Shown here: piece after piece, positions 1 to 9,438 of the stretch | Position numbering within the stretch: the stretch's first letter is position 1 | How the letters are laid out: each line of letters starts with the position of its first letter | Virus record (IMG/VR): IMGVR_UViG_3300045988_163768 | Strand: one strand, 5' to 3' | DNA: 64,000 bases | DNA from: a virus | Position numbers and translations under genes: made by a program | Notes under the pieces: model-generated | Told to the model about the DNA's origin: nothing | The model's database searches: none | Seen by the model: the letters and a program-made list of their open reading frames with translations, nothing else

Positions 1-672
1 CTAACAGAATATAGCTTTGAAGAAAAAATTCTAAAACACCTTCCAGAAGATTTTGATTATGATTATCATTATGGAGCTACAAAAATTGTTTTTATCTTGC
101 CTGATAAAAATTTTGTAATTAAGATTCCTTTTTCAGGATGCTACGTATATAAAGAGATTGAAACAAAAGCTGAGAAAGGGGCAAAATATAAATGGATTAG
201 CAGTTATTCTAAATTTACAGGTGCACAGTCACCAATGAGGGCGGAAGGCGACGAATGGGACTATTGTCAAGTTGAATGTGACATTTATGCTTTAGCAGAA
301 GAAGAGGCAGTAGAAGATTTTTTTGCAAAAACTGAATGTATTGGTTTTATTCACGACTACCCTATTTATGTGCAAGAAATTGCGAAAATTTATAAGGATA
401 TATACCCTTCTCGCGAAACCGAAAAAACAAAATATAAAAAAAAATATACTGAAAAAGATTATGAAAAAATTGATTCTCTTTGCTATGATCACAATTATGA
501 CTATTTTAATATGTATTGGTTATGTGATGCTTTTAAGTATTATGGAGAAATAAAAGGAGAAGAATTTTTGCAGTTTATTAAAAATGTCCGTGTAGAGGAT
601 TTACACAAGGCTAATATTGGGTATATAGGAGATAGACCTGTTATAATTGATTACTCTAGCTTTAATAATTAA
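1..672 (+). CDS. hypothetical protein, 5' partial (reading frame open from window start)
   Basis: Frame 1 is open from nt 1 to the stop at 672, and the same strand and frame continue into the ORF-track entry 97-672. Confidence 0.5.
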   Translation, partial: LTEYSFEEKILKHLPEDFDYDYHYGATKIVFILPDKNFVIKIPFSGCYVYKEIETKAEKGAKYKWISSYSKFTGAQSPMRAEGDEWDYCQVECDIYALAEEEAVEDFFAKTECIGFIHDYPIYVQEIAKIYKDIYPSRETEKTKYKKKYTEKDYEKIDSLCYDHNYDYFNMYWLCDAFKYYGEIKGEEFLQFIKNVRVEDLHKANIGYIGDRPVIIDYSSFNN

Positions 673-698
673 TGTTAGGTTTAAAAGGAGGGCGGATT

Positions 699-878
699 AT
701 GGATTTGTTTCATATTATTTTATCTTTTTTAATAGGGATTTTTGGCGGCTTTGAGCTTTTTTATATTGTAAAATTTTATAAAGCAAGAGACTTGTATGAT
801 ATGGAAAAATATTTAAAAAAACTTTTATTATTTTCTGTCTTATTATTAATTGTATCTATTGCTTGTATTATAATGTAG
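699..878 (+). CDS. small membrane protein (hydrophobic)
   Basis: ATG at 699 preceded by AAAGGAGGG; hydrophobic stretch ILSFLIGIFGGFELFYIV. Confidence 0.45.
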   Translation: MDLFHIILSFLIGIFGGFELFYIVKFYKARDLYDMEKYLKKLLLFSVLLLIVSIACIIM

Positions 879-896
879 TCATTAGGAGGAGAAAAT

Positions 897-1097
897 ATGC
901 GAGATAGAGAAATAGTTTGTGAGTACTATACATATGCAGGTGGACCTTGCTCTAAAAGAAAAACAAAAGTATGGTTTAGAAAAACATGTCAAAAATGCAA
1001 ACAGTATAGGGCATTAAAAGGCGGAAAACCAGCTCGTCTTAATTTAAAAAAAGAGAAAAGAGAGAAATTTGAAAAAAATAGGAGGAATTGGCTATAA
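897..1097 (+). CDS. small basic Cys-containing protein
   Basis: RBS AGGAGGAG before ATG; stop overlaps the next start as TAATG. Confidence 0.45.
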   Translation: MRDREIVCEYYTYAGGPCSKRKTKVWFRKTCQKCKQYRALKGGKPARLNLKKEKREKFEKNRRNWL

Positions 1098-1528
1098 TGA
1101 TTACTTCTTTTAATGGAGAATACAGTTTTTTATCAAATTTTTATCCATGTCAAATAGAATATTATGGTGTAAAATATCCAACTTCTGAACACGCATTTCA
1201 AGCGGCAAAAACGCATAATATAATGCAAAAAGAAGCGATTAAAAAAGCTGATACACCAGGTAAAGCAAAACGATTAGGAAGGAAGGTAGAAATAAGAAGT
1301 GATTGGGAAGAAGTAAAAGATCAGGTTATGTATGAAATTATCTTAAACAAATTTAAAAATAAAGAAATGAAAGCTAAATTATTAGCGACCAATAATGAGC
1401 AATTAGTGGAGGGAAACTATTGGCATGATAATTATTGGGGCTCTTGTGTATGTTTAAAATGTTGGCAAAAGCCGAAAGAAAATAAACTTGGTAAAATTTT
1501 AATGAGAGTTAGAGAAGAATTAAAATAA
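1097..1528 (+). CDS. NADAR/YbiA-like (DUF1768) N-glycosidase family protein
   Basis: Motifs FLSNFYP...EHAFQAAK are typical of the YbiA/NADAR family; ATG at 1097 is coupled to the upstream stop. Confidence 0.65.
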   Translation: MITSFNGEYSFLSNFYPCQIEYYGVKYPTSEHAFQAAKTHNIMQKEAIKKADTPGKAKRLGRKVEIRSDWEEVKDQVMYEIILNKFKNKEMKAKLLATNNEQLVEGNYWHDNYWGSCVCLKCWQKPKENKLGKILMRVREELK

Positions 1529-1686
1529 GGTAGTGAATAAATGTTGTCGTCTCATTAGATTTTTGGAGAAAGCTCTACCTTAAATATAACCGATGGTGTG
1601 GGTATGAAGAAATAAAAGAATTAGATTTAAGACAGGCAGAAGTCTATATTAAAACTATGCCTGTCTTAGAGCCAATGATTGAAAGT

Positions 1687-1717
1687 GAGCTGCCTTTAAA
1701 GCTCGCTTTATTTTTTT
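1687..1717 (+). terminator. rho-independent terminator
   Basis: Hairpin GAGCTGCCTTTAAAGCTC followed by a T-run. Confidence 0.5.
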
Positions 1718-1735
1718 AAAAAAATATGATATAAT
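1707..1735 (+). promoter_or_regulatory. phage promoter (weak -35, extended -10 TATGATATAAT)
   Basis: TGnTATAAT at 1727-1735. Confidence 0.4.
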
Positions 1736-1790
1736 AAATATATCAAAAGAAAGAAAAAGAGAAAGAAAAAGTAGAGGAATTAAGCTCACT

Positions 1791-1818
1791 TTGTTTTTTA
1801 AAAAAAATATGATATAAT
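1791..1818 (+). promoter_or_regulatory. phage promoter (second copy, tandem)
   Basis: TTGTTT, 16 nt, then TATGATATAAT. Confidence 0.4.
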
Positions 1819-1851
1819 AAAATAAAGAAAAGAGAAAAGAGGCGGAGAATA

Positions 1852-2184
1852 ATGAGAGTTTATATCTATGCTATGGAAAATACTTATTGTGGATTATATG
1901 GTATGTACGATGTTGTTGTAGAAGAAATGGATGATGAAAAAGCCGCAAAACAAGCAAATGAAATTGGTAGAGAAATGTCCGATGATATTATGGTAACTTA
2001 TGATTCCGATTTTCAGGATCTTGTTGAAGATGAAGATGCGTGGGAAGAGAATCTCTGCTGGGGATGTTTTAAAATTCGTGACGATGTGACTTTAACAACA
2101 AAAGAATTAAATGATGAAGCTTATGGCTATGGAGATCGTTTTTCTAAATTTATTGAAAAGTATTGTGAGCCAGAAGGACTTTAA
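1852..2184 (+). CDS. hypothetical acidic protein
   Basis: ORF with RBS GGCGGAG; no recognisable motif. Confidence 0.4.
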   Translation: MRVYIYAMENTYCGLYGMYDVVVEEMDDEKAAKQANEIGREMSDDIMVTYDSDFQDLVEDEDAWEENLCWGCFKIRDDVTLTTKELNDEAYGYGDRFSKFIEKYCEPEGL

Positions 2185-2195
2185 GGAGGAATTTT

Positions 2196-2411
2196 ATGAA
2201 TCTAGCATATGGACTTTTTATGGCGGAAGCAGAAGGTTTTTTAAAAGAATCAACCGCAATAGACAAAGTAATTGAAGACTTGATTGGAATTAAGCAGTTA
2301 GGTTTAAATCCAGGAAACTATCTGGAAGAAGCTTTATCCAGTCATGGTTTAAGATCATATGATTTATCTTTGGAAGAAATTTATTGTATAAAAAGTAAAG
2401 TTGGCTTTTAA
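2196..2411 (+). CDS. hypothetical protein
   Basis: RBS AAGGAGGA 7 nt before the ATG. Confidence 0.4.
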   Translation: MNLAYGLFMAEAEGFLKESTAIDKVIEDLIGIKQLGLNPGNYLEEALSSHGLRSYDLSLEEIYCIKSKVGF

Positions 2412-2427
2412 AATATTGAAAAGAAAG

Positions 2428-2456
2428 TTGAAAAGTTTAAAAATTTTTGGTATAAT
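2428..2456 (+). promoter_or_regulatory. promoter
   Basis: TTGAAA, 17 nt, then TGGTATAAT. Confidence 0.5.
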
Positions 2457-2492
2457 ATATACATAAAGAAGAGATGAAAAGGAGAAAAGAGT

Positions 2493-2876
2493 ATGACAGA
2501 AAAAATTACAAAAAAGGGCTACTTTGAAATGATTGAAGAGATCGTAAGAGCAAGCGATGATTCTCGTGTGGAAGATATCCTTAACTTCATTGAACACGAA
2601 AAAGAGCTGCTGGAAGCAAAAAGAGTTAAAGCTCAGGCAAAAGCAGAAAAAACTAGAAATGAGGGCGATGAGCTGAGAAAAGCGGTTCAGAGCTGTCTGA
2701 CTGATGAATTTCAGATTATTTCTGATATTTTCGCACAGATTGATGGCGAAGATGTTACTCAGCCGAAGGTTACTGCTCGTCTGAACCAGCTGGTTAAAGC
2801 GGGTATTGCTGAAAAAGAGCAGGTTAAAACTGAAGATGGCAAGCGTATGGCTTATAGACTGGTTGATCAGGCTTGA
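2493..2876 (+). CDS. hypothetical protein with atypical codon usage (CTG/CGT/CCG-rich)
   Basis: RBS AAAGGAGAAAAG; locally higher GC and enterobacterial-like codon choice unlike its neighbours. Confidence 0.45.
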   Translation: MTEKITKKGYFEMIEEIVRASDDSRVEDILNFIEHEKELLEAKRVKAQAKAEKTRNEGDELRKAVQSCLTDEFQIISDIFAQIDGEDVTQPKVTARLNQLVKAGIAEKEQVKTEDGKRMAYRLVDQA

Positions 2877-2944
2877 TAGCTGGTTTATAAAAAATATATT
2901 GGGTAAGAGGGACTTTGTCCCTCTTATTTGAGTGAGGAGAAAAT

Positions 2945-3760
2945 ATGAAATTTTGTGTAGACTATGTTAAAGATTTTCCTTATTTAAAAGAAGTAGATGA
3001 ATTAAATATTTCTTTTAATAAGCGAGATTTATCTTTATTAGACTTTTTACTGTTACATAAAGATAAAAGGATAAATATAGAAATTAGAGATATTCAAGAA
3101 TTTATAGATGATGATAGTATAAGCTTATTTAAAGCTTATTTAGAAAAGTATCCAGACTTAAATTTTTATTTAAAATTACCGGTTTCCGCGGATTTTGAGA
3201 GGTTTTATTCTATTGTTAAAGAATCAAAGCTTAATTTTTATTATGATAAATATATAAATTCATGGGATACACTTTATTCTTTTGTTAATATGGGCGTATC
3301 AGATGTATATATAACAGAAGAATTAGGTTTTGAATTAGACAAAGTTAGTTCTTTTTGTCACTCTAAAGGAGTAAAAGTAAGAGCTTTCCCTAATGTGTGT
3401 CAGAATAGTTGGGTGGGAGTTCCAGACATAAAAGGATTTTTTATTAGACCCGAAGATGTATCTTTATACGAACCATATATTGACACTCTTGAGTTTTACA
3501 AAAGCAAAAATTCTTTAGGGACTTTATATCGAGTGTATGCAAAAGAGAAGAAATGGTTTGGACAATTAAAAGAATTAATTCTTAGTTTTAATGAAGATCT
3601 TGATAGCAGGTGTATTTTGCCTATTTTTTCAGAAAAGAGAATTAGTTGCGGAAAGAAGTGCCTTAAAGGAGAAAGCTGTAGAATATGTGATAATATAAAA
3701 AAATTATCTGATGTATTAGAACGAGAAAAAATTATAATTAAACCTTTAGACAATAATTGA
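2945..3760 (+). CDS. hypothetical protein (C-terminal Cys cluster CGKKCLKGESCRIC)
   Basis: RBS GAGGAGAAAA; 271 aa. Confidence 0.45.
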   Translation: MKFCVDYVKDFPYLKEVDELNISFNKRDLSLLDFLLLHKDKRINIEIRDIQEFIDDDSISLFKAYLEKYPDLNFYLKLPVSADFERFYSIVKESKLNFYYDKYINSWDTLYSFVNMGVSDVYITEELGFELDKVSSFCHSKGVKVRAFPNVCQNSWVGVPDIKGFFIRPEDVSLYEPYIDTLEFYKSKNSLGTLYRVYAKEKKWFGQLKELILSFNEDLDSRCILPIFSEKRISCGKKCLKGESCRICDNIKKLSDVLEREKIIIKPLDNN

Positions 3761-3817
3761 TTTTTAATAAATTTTATTATATAATATATATACATAAAGA
3801 ATAAAGGAGAAAAAGAT

Positions 3818-4132
3818 ATGGCAAGAGGAGCAGCAGCTAAGGAAGAAATTGTTAATCGGCTTTTAAGCACATTTGAAGGAGCTTTTAAATTCGATAAAGA
3901 AATTCGTATTCCAATGATGGAGAATGGCGAGGAAGTCCAAATTAAAGTAACTTTGACCTGCTCAAAAGTTAATGTAGATCGCGGAAGTGATGCGGCTTTG
4001 CCTGGAGTATCGCAGACAAAAGATAAGCCAGCAGTAAGCTCTATTTCAAATGCAACAGATTCATCTTTAATTGAACCAACAGCAGAAGAGAAAGCCAATG
4101 TAAAGGCTCTAATGGAGAGATTAGGGCTTTAA
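3818..4132 (+). CDS. hypothetical protein
   Basis: RBS AAAGGAGAAAAAG. Confidence 0.4.
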   Translation: MARGAAAKEEIVNRLLSTFEGAFKFDKEIRIPMMENGEEVQIKVTLTCSKVNVDRGSDAALPGVSQTKDKPAVSSISNATDSSLIEPTAEEKANVKALMERLGL

Positions 4133-4156
4133 AAGATAAAAGAAAGAGGTATCATT

Positions 4157-4447
4157 ATGAGTCATGTATATAAGGTTAGCGAATGGCAAGGAGCTTCGGG
4201 TAAATGGTATTGTAATGATACTTCTGATTTAGCGGGGATAGCTGGTAAATGGTGGATTCCCGCGAGGCTATTAAAAATGTCTTTAGAAAAATACATTCTT
4301 CTTTTGAGGGATTCGTTTCATGCTACTATTGAAAGCTATAATGATAAAACTGACGTATTGATTTTTTATTGGGAAAATTATGCGGATTGTCATAAATACT
4401 TACTATGGATAAATTCTATGTCAAGAAAGATTAACTTTATTGTTTGA
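4157..4447 (+). CDS. hypothetical protein
   Basis: RBS GAAAGAGG. Confidence 0.4.
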   Translation: MSHVYKVSEWQGASGKWYCNDTSDLAGIAGKWWIPARLLKMSLEKYILLLRDSFHATIESYNDKTDVLIFYWENYADCHKYLLWINSMSRKINFIV

Positions 4448-4515
4448 ATTTTATAAAATATTATATCATAATAATGTTATAAAATATTTTTATAATATAG
4501 GACAAAAATCTTAAA

Positions 4516-4544
4516 TTGATTTTTTGAAAAAATTATGATATAAT
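4516..4544 (+). promoter_or_regulatory. promoter
   Basis: TTGATT, 17 nt, then TATGATATAAT. Confidence 0.6.
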
Positions 4545-4759
4545 AAATACATAAGAAATGAAAAAATAAAGAACCAACGTACCGATGATTACGTTGTAAA
4601 ATAAGACAGTCGCAGAGGCAGGACGGGAGAGTAGCCAATTCAATGCGTAGAGGAGATTCGCACCTCTGAAGCCCAGTGATGCACTCCCTTTGCAGCGAAA
4701 TCTGCAAAAGCTATCAACTACCCCACAGAAGAGCATTGGCTAGACTCAGTTGGGGATAT

Positions 4760-4837
4760 GCGGGATTAGCTCAGTCAAGGTTAGAGCAGTCGCCTTATAA
4801 GCGATGTTTGTCCTGGGTTCGAATCCCAGATTCCGCA
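4760..4837 (+). tRNA. tRNA-Ile (anticodon TAT)
   Basis: Acceptor GCGGGAT/ATTCCGC, D-arm GCTCAGT...GAGC, anticodon loop CTTATAA, T-arm CTGGGTTCGAATCCCAG. Confidence 0.6.
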
Positions 4838-5003
4838 TTGTAACAATGAAATAATTACTTTAAAATTCATTTTAGAGTAAGAGATCCTATGGTCTTATTA
4901 TAAAGAATTTTCTTATTTGAAAATCTTTATTTGAAAATGATTCTTAATTATTTTTAAACTGTTCTTTATAGGGATCAAAAACTAAAAAGAAAGCGAGAAA
5001 ACA

Positions 5004-5666
5004 ATGAAAAATCTTACAAAAGTGTTAATAATTGGCGGAATGATGTTCAGTTTAAGTTTGCCAGTTTCCGCGGCAAACGTTGAATATCAAAATAAATTTA
5101 ATTCAGAGCCAGTTCTTATTGCTGTTGATGAAAATAACGATTTTCAAATAGTAGATTCAGAAAATCAGAATGTACTTTTTTCATCTAAAAGAGTAGATGA
5201 AGAAGTATATACTACAGCAAATTTGAATATTCGAAATATTCCTTCTATCGACTCAGAGCGAATAATGGTATTAAAGTCAAATACTGAAGTGCATAGAATT
5301 GGAATAAGTGGAGAGTATGGTTGGGATATCATTGAAATAGATGGTAAACAATATTTTGCATGGAACGAATATTTAAGTACAGAGCAAGATTATATAGATT
5401 TATCTATAGAAGATAATGTAGTTGAGTATATATATGAATATACTAATTCTGCAAAAGAAATTATTGCTCAGAGAGAATCTGGTGGCGATTACAATGCTGT
5501 CAGTCCAACAGGAGAGTATATAGGAAGATACCAATTAACATATACTATGTTAAATGGAGATTATTCCGCAGAAAATCAAGAGCGAGTTGCAGAGCAATAT
5601 GTAGCGGAAAGATACGGAAGCTGGGATGCGGCGTTAGCTTTTTGGGATGCTAATGGCTGGTATTAA
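5004..5666 (+). CDS. secreted protein with C-terminal IsaA/SceD/Apf-like lytic transglycosylase-like domain
   Basis: Signal peptide MKNLTKVLIIGGMMFSLSLPVSAA; C-terminal motif RESGGDYNAVSPTGEYIGRYQL resembles staphylococcal IsaA and lactobacillus Apf domains. Confidence 0.4.
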   Translation: MKNLTKVLIIGGMMFSLSLPVSAANVEYQNKFNSEPVLIAVDENNDFQIVDSENQNVLFSSKRVDEEVYTTANLNIRNIPSIDSERIMVLKSNTEVHRIGISGEYGWDIIEIDGKQYFAWNEYLSTEQDYIDLSIEDNVVEYIYEYTNSAKEIIAQRESGGDYNAVSPTGEYIGRYQLTYTMLNGDYSAENQERVAEQYVAERYGSWDAALAFWDANGWY

Positions 5667-5675
5667 ATAGTAAGA

Positions 5676-5746
5676 GGGCAGTTGGTGCAATGGCAGCATA
5701 AAAGTCTCCAAAATTTTAGATTTAGGTTCGATTCCTAAACTGCCTG
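5676..5746 (+). tRNA. tRNA-Trp (anticodon CCA)
   Basis: Acceptor GGGCAGT/ACTGCCT, anticodon stem AAAGT/ATTTT with loop CTCCAAA, T-arm TTAGGTTCGATTCCTAA. Confidence 0.55.
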
Positions 5747-5753
5747 TTTTCTT

Positions 5754-5782
5754 TTGATTTTTTATAAAAATTATGATATAAT
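5754..5782 (+). promoter_or_regulatory. promoter
   Basis: TTGATT, 17 nt, then TATGATATAAT. Confidence 0.6.
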
Positions 5783-5816
5783 ATTTATATAAGAAATGAG
5801 AAAGAGGGAATAAAAT

Positions 5817-6140
5817 ATGAGCAAAGTTAAAACTTTTATTTGGGTTGACGATGAAAGACCTATTCCAAAAAATTTAATGTGGTTGGGTGAAGAAAAAGTT
5901 GTTTGTAGAACTTATAGACAAGCGATTAAAGCTTTAAAAACTTATTGTTATCAAGGTAATGTCTTTCTTAGTTTAGACCATGACTTAGGTCAAAAGAAAA
6001 CAGGATATGACATTGCAAAATATATTGTAGAAAATAAAATTCCTTTATACGGTTTTGTTTGTCATTCAATGAATCCTGTTGGGAGGTCTAATATTGAAGA
6101 TTTACTTTGTCATTATGGATATTTTTTAGGATGTAAATAA
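5817..6140 (+). CDS. hypothetical protein
   Basis: RBS AGAGGGAATAAAATATG; 107 aa. Confidence 0.45.
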   Translation: MSKVKTFIWVDDERPIPKNLMWLGEEKVVCRTYRQAIKALKTYCYQGNVFLSLDHDLGQKKTGYDIAKYIVENKIPLYGFVCHSMNPVGRSNIEDLLCHYGYFLGCK

Positions 6141-6164
6141 AAAAGTTATGACAAAAATCTTAAA

Positions 6165-6193
6165 TTGATTTTTTGAAAAATTTATGATATAAT
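6165..6193 (+). promoter_or_regulatory. promoter driving a noncoding stretch
   Basis: TTGATT, 17 nt, then TATGATATAAT; no ORF follows for about 300 nt. Confidence 0.6.
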
Positions 6194-6494
6194 AAATACA
6201 TAAGAAATAAAGAAAAACATATGGCTTAGACTTTTTTAGCAAGAATGAATCCAAGGTTGTGCCAGAAAACAAGCTAGGAAATTTCGAGTTTAGGGCTTTG
6301 TACTTTAAAAGCCTAGGCGTTTAGAGATTGCGGAAAGTGCGTATTCCTCACTTAGTTAGCCTGTAAGTAATTAAATGAACTAAAAGATGTCTGCGTACTT
6401 AGAAGGAAAAAAATAAACTAGGTTAAACCTGGCTGAAAAAAATAGACCTAGATACCATGGTAGGGGTTAAAATTGTTCCTAAGTTTAAAACAAT

Positions 6495-6523
6495 TTGATT
6501 TTTTAAAAAAATTATGCTATAAT
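6495..6523 (+). promoter_or_regulatory. promoter upstream of tRNA-Tyr leader
   Basis: TTGATT, 17 nt, then TATGCTATAAT. Confidence 0.6.
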
Positions 6524-6690
6524 AAAGGTATATTTCAGATACCTCGTAGCGGAAAAATCTGACGTTAATGAACAAAACGAGAAAATTGTTCTAATCTTTG
6601 GTAATTTGTAGAGATGGTAAATTACTTGGGGTACTATTAAGGCTCCAGAAGCATCGTCTTCTAAAGGATAGCTGTCCAACTTAATAATGA

Positions 6691-6772
6691 TGGGGAGTAA
6701 CCCAGCGGCGAGGGTAGCGGTCTGTAAAACCGTGACAAAGAAACGTCGTAGGTTCGAGTCCTACCTCCCCAA
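6691..6772 (+). tRNA. tRNA-Tyr (anticodon GTA), long variable arm
   Basis: Acceptor TGGGGAG/CTCCCCA, anticodon loop CTGTAAA, variable arm GACAAAGAAACGTC, T-arm GTAGGTTCGAGTCCTAC. Confidence 0.6.
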
Positions 6773-6841
6773 TTAAGATGGACACAGCAATGTTGCGTAA
6801 TATTGGGGATATTAAGTGCAAAAATAATTCCATCTTGTTTT

Positions 6842-6925
6842 GGCTCTGTAGCCTAGTTGGTTATGGTACCACTCTGTCACAGTGGAATAACACGGGTTCG
6901 AGTCCCGTCAGAGTCGTTTGGCTAA
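6842..6925 (+). tRNA. tRNA-Asp (anticodon GTC)
   Basis: Acceptor GGCTCTG/CAGAGTC, anticodon stem CCACT/AGTGG with loop CTGTCAC, T-arm ACGGGTTCGAGTCCCGT. Confidence 0.6.
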
Positions 6926-7024
6926 CAAAGCAAAAATGTATGATGACAACATACATTTTTTATGAACTTGTCATTCATATTTTTTATAAATTAAAGGTTG
7001 GATATTTGCCGGCACTTTAATTTT

Positions 7025-7098
7025 GGGGTTATAGTTCAGTCGGGATGAACGCTTGTTTTGCAAACAAGAGGTCGGGAGTTCGAGTCTCCCTAACTCCA
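7025..7098 (+). tRNA. tRNA-Ala (anticodon TGC)
   Basis: Acceptor GGGGTTA/TAACTCC, anticodon stem CTTGT/ACAAG with loop TTTGCAA. Confidence 0.6.
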
Positions 7099-7165
7099 CG
7101 CTTTGTTTCCGTCTTTGCATTGCAAAGCCAAGTAACTGAAGAACGGAACGATAGGTTACTTAAAT

Positions 7166-7194
7166 TTGATTTTTATAAAAAATTATTATATAAT
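7166..7194 (+). promoter_or_regulatory. promoter
   Basis: TTGATT, 17 nt, then TATTATATAAT. Confidence 0.55.
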
Positions 7195-7284
7195 ATATAA
7201 GTAATAAAAATAAAGAGACGCTAAAAGCAATTTCAAAAATTTGACTGTAAATCAAATCTCAAGGTGAGTACGCGTCTCGGATAA

Positions 7285-7355
7285 TGCTCCTTGGTGTAGT
7301 GGTAGCACATCGCACTTTGACTGCGACGGCATGGGTTCGAATCCCGTAGGAGCCG
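7285..7355 (+). tRNA. tRNA (anticodon TTG, Gln-type); a second TTG tRNA lies at 10358
   Basis: Anticodon stem TCGCA/TGCGA with loop CTTTGAC, T-arm ATGGGTTCGAATCCCGT; 1:72 is mispaired. Confidence 0.45.
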
Positions 7356-8223
7356 CTCGGATTATTAGTTATCCAACAACGCACTAACTTCGGCGAACAC
7401 GTTTGAAAAACTAATCGGCTGGCTTCAGGTCGTTAAATAAGCGTGGTGACACGTATAAAGCATGAAAATGCCTCCTTCTAAAGAGGAGTAATAGAAAGCC
7501 AATACTTACTAACGTTCCAACCTAAAGTTTTGGGGCATCCGCTGAGGACAATGGTTGGTCGGGCATCATGGGAAAGGTGCTATAAAATAAACTCAGAAAT
7601 GAGTGGATAGTAAGGTTGTTTTATGGTGCAAGTTCCGCAAGAGCAAGTGCTGTATTTAATTAGTCATTTCTGACTTAAATCGAAAGATAGTTGGAATAGC
7701 TTAAAGTAAGTCGATAGCAAGACGAGCAGGGTTGCGATGAGTGGGCTGTACTCAAAAGGTATAGATGCTCAAATGTGTACCTCGTAATCCATAATATATG
7801 TACATGATTGCATTGGATATTTAATCAGGAAGAGTCTGATTTGGTTTTCTAATATATTATATGAAAATAAAACATTTACTTATACAGCAAAAGTGTACAT
7901 GACTACATAGAGAAAAGCGACTTATTGTTCTGTAATATGGACACATATTGAACTCGCAAGGTGAGATATGAAAAAGTACAATTAGGTGCAACTCTAAGAG
8001 ACTGCAATCTTTGAATCCCGCAAGGAAGAATGTGCTGAAAGGAAATTTATAATACTATGTAGTAAGAGTTTGCCAGGAGCCACTGAAACTGGTGTCGCTA
8101 TTAGCTACGGATTAATCGTTCGTGTGATTACTTACTTCCAACGGTAAGCAAAGCTAATTATAATAGGTCAATAATCTCAGCCTAATAAAAAATTATTAAG
8201 GCGAGGAAACTCGCTTTTTAAAT

Positions 8224-8295
8224 GCCGGTATAGCATAGTTGGCAATGCGACTGATTTATAATCAGTAAACCGGGGTTCGAATCCCTCTACCGGCT
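8224..8295 (+). tRNA. tRNA-Ile (anticodon TAT), second copy
   Basis: Perfect acceptor GCCGGTA/TACCGGC, anticodon stem ACTGA/TCAGT with loop TTTATAA, T-arm GGGGTTCGAATCCC. Confidence 0.55.
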
Positions 8296-8513
8296 CGCAA
8301 ATCCTTTATTAAATGCGGTGAACGGCATACACAGCAATAGAGTGTAGGGCACAGCGGAAAAGGTACCTGTACTGGCTCCGCCGGGGTAAAGGCTTGAACC
8401 TAGGCAAGATCGCACCCACAATTCACAGTTATGTCACTGTGACATATCCGAAAAGGAGAAATTAAATGAGTCGCCATGGTAGACGGCAAGTTCGCAATAG
8501 TCTACTACAATAA

Positions 8514-8587
8514 AGAGTATGTGGTGTAATGGTAGCACACGAGTTTTGGGAACTTGAGGCGGCGTTCAAATCGCACATATTCTACTA
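8514..8587 (+). tRNA. probable tRNA-Pro (anticodon TGG); fold only partly resolved
   Basis: GTGGTGTAATGGTAGCACA D-region, anticodon stem CGAGT/ACTTG with loop TTTGGGA, TTCAAATC T-loop; two acceptor registers possible. Confidence 0.35.
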
Positions 8588-8707
8588 ACACGTGCAAATT
8601 TTTCTCACGTGGCTAAATAAGCTCTAGTGATGAAATTGGTAAACACAATACAACACAACACAATATTTAAGCTGCTGTGGGTTCGAGTTTCACTTAGAAT
8701 ATTTTAA

Positions 8708-8787
8708 GGGTGAGTGGTGTAATGGTAGCCACGCCAGTCTTAGGAACTGGTGCCTCGTGCGTGCGGGTTCGAATCTCGCCTCGCCTA
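8708..8787 (+). tRNA. tRNA-Leu (anticodon TAG), long variable arm
   Basis: Acceptor GGGTGAG/CTCGCCT, anticodon stem CCAGT/ACTGG with loop CTTAGGA, variable arm TGCCTCGTGCGT, T-arm GCGGGTTCGAATCTCGC. Confidence 0.6.
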
Positions 8788-9409
8788 TGAACAAGTTACA
8801 ATATGATGGTAAGCAGTTCAGGAGCTTTAAACGGTGCTATCCATTAGGTTAATAACCTTGTTATAATTGTAAGTCTGAGTAGTGGTTAATTGAAAAGAAA
8901 CTGCATTATAACAAAATAATTAAATATTTATAACCCGTGTGCGATTTGATCTTAATTTTATTTAACTAGCTAAATTTTATTAAGAAAAATTGGGTAATCG
9001 CTGAGACAAGGTTTGAGGAGTAGTAAGTCACTGTTTTATGAAAGTAGTAATAATGAGCTAGAAAAAATACTATAAGTAATTTAATAAGTACGAGCTAAAG
9101 TATATAACTATTAGGGTGGTTCGATTCCAGCCCCACGGGACTATGGTGCCGCAGTCACTTAATCCAGATTAAATCTGATGGGTGTTATGAAACGGTTAAA
9201 TGGACTTTGAGAGACAGCCAAACCGCCGTAAGGAGTAGGCGGTATAAAACGAACTAAACCATCTTTCAAGAATCCAGGCTATGAAAAGAGTACAATTACT
9301 TGATCGAGACCTAAGCCCCATGGTACTAGAGGAGCATGCGTGAATGTCAGACCTTATTCAAATAAGTTAGGGCTAAAAAGTACCTGAAACGCTAGGCAAA
9401 AAATCTTAA

Positions 9410-9438
9410 TTGATTTTTTAAAAAATATATGATATAAT
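9410..9438 (+). promoter_or_regulatory. promoter upstream of split tRNA
   Basis: TTGATT, 17 nt, then TATGATATAAT. Confidence 0.6.

Noticed and set aside
4590-4759. Possible tmRNA, RNase P RNA or 6S RNA in the promoter-to-tRNA leaders and long spacers
   Set aside because: Looked for the tmRNA tag reading frame with acceptor and T-arm ends, and for RNase P conserved blocks; none recognisable by eye. Left as unclassified ncRNA candidates.
6778-7020. 80-aa ORF in the track
   Set aside because: Lies entirely over tRNA-Asp and flanking tRNA spacers with no RBS; spurious. The same applies to 13094-13294(-), 15078-15275(-), 19136-19327, 20529-20774 and 10173-10448, all of which overlap tRNAs.
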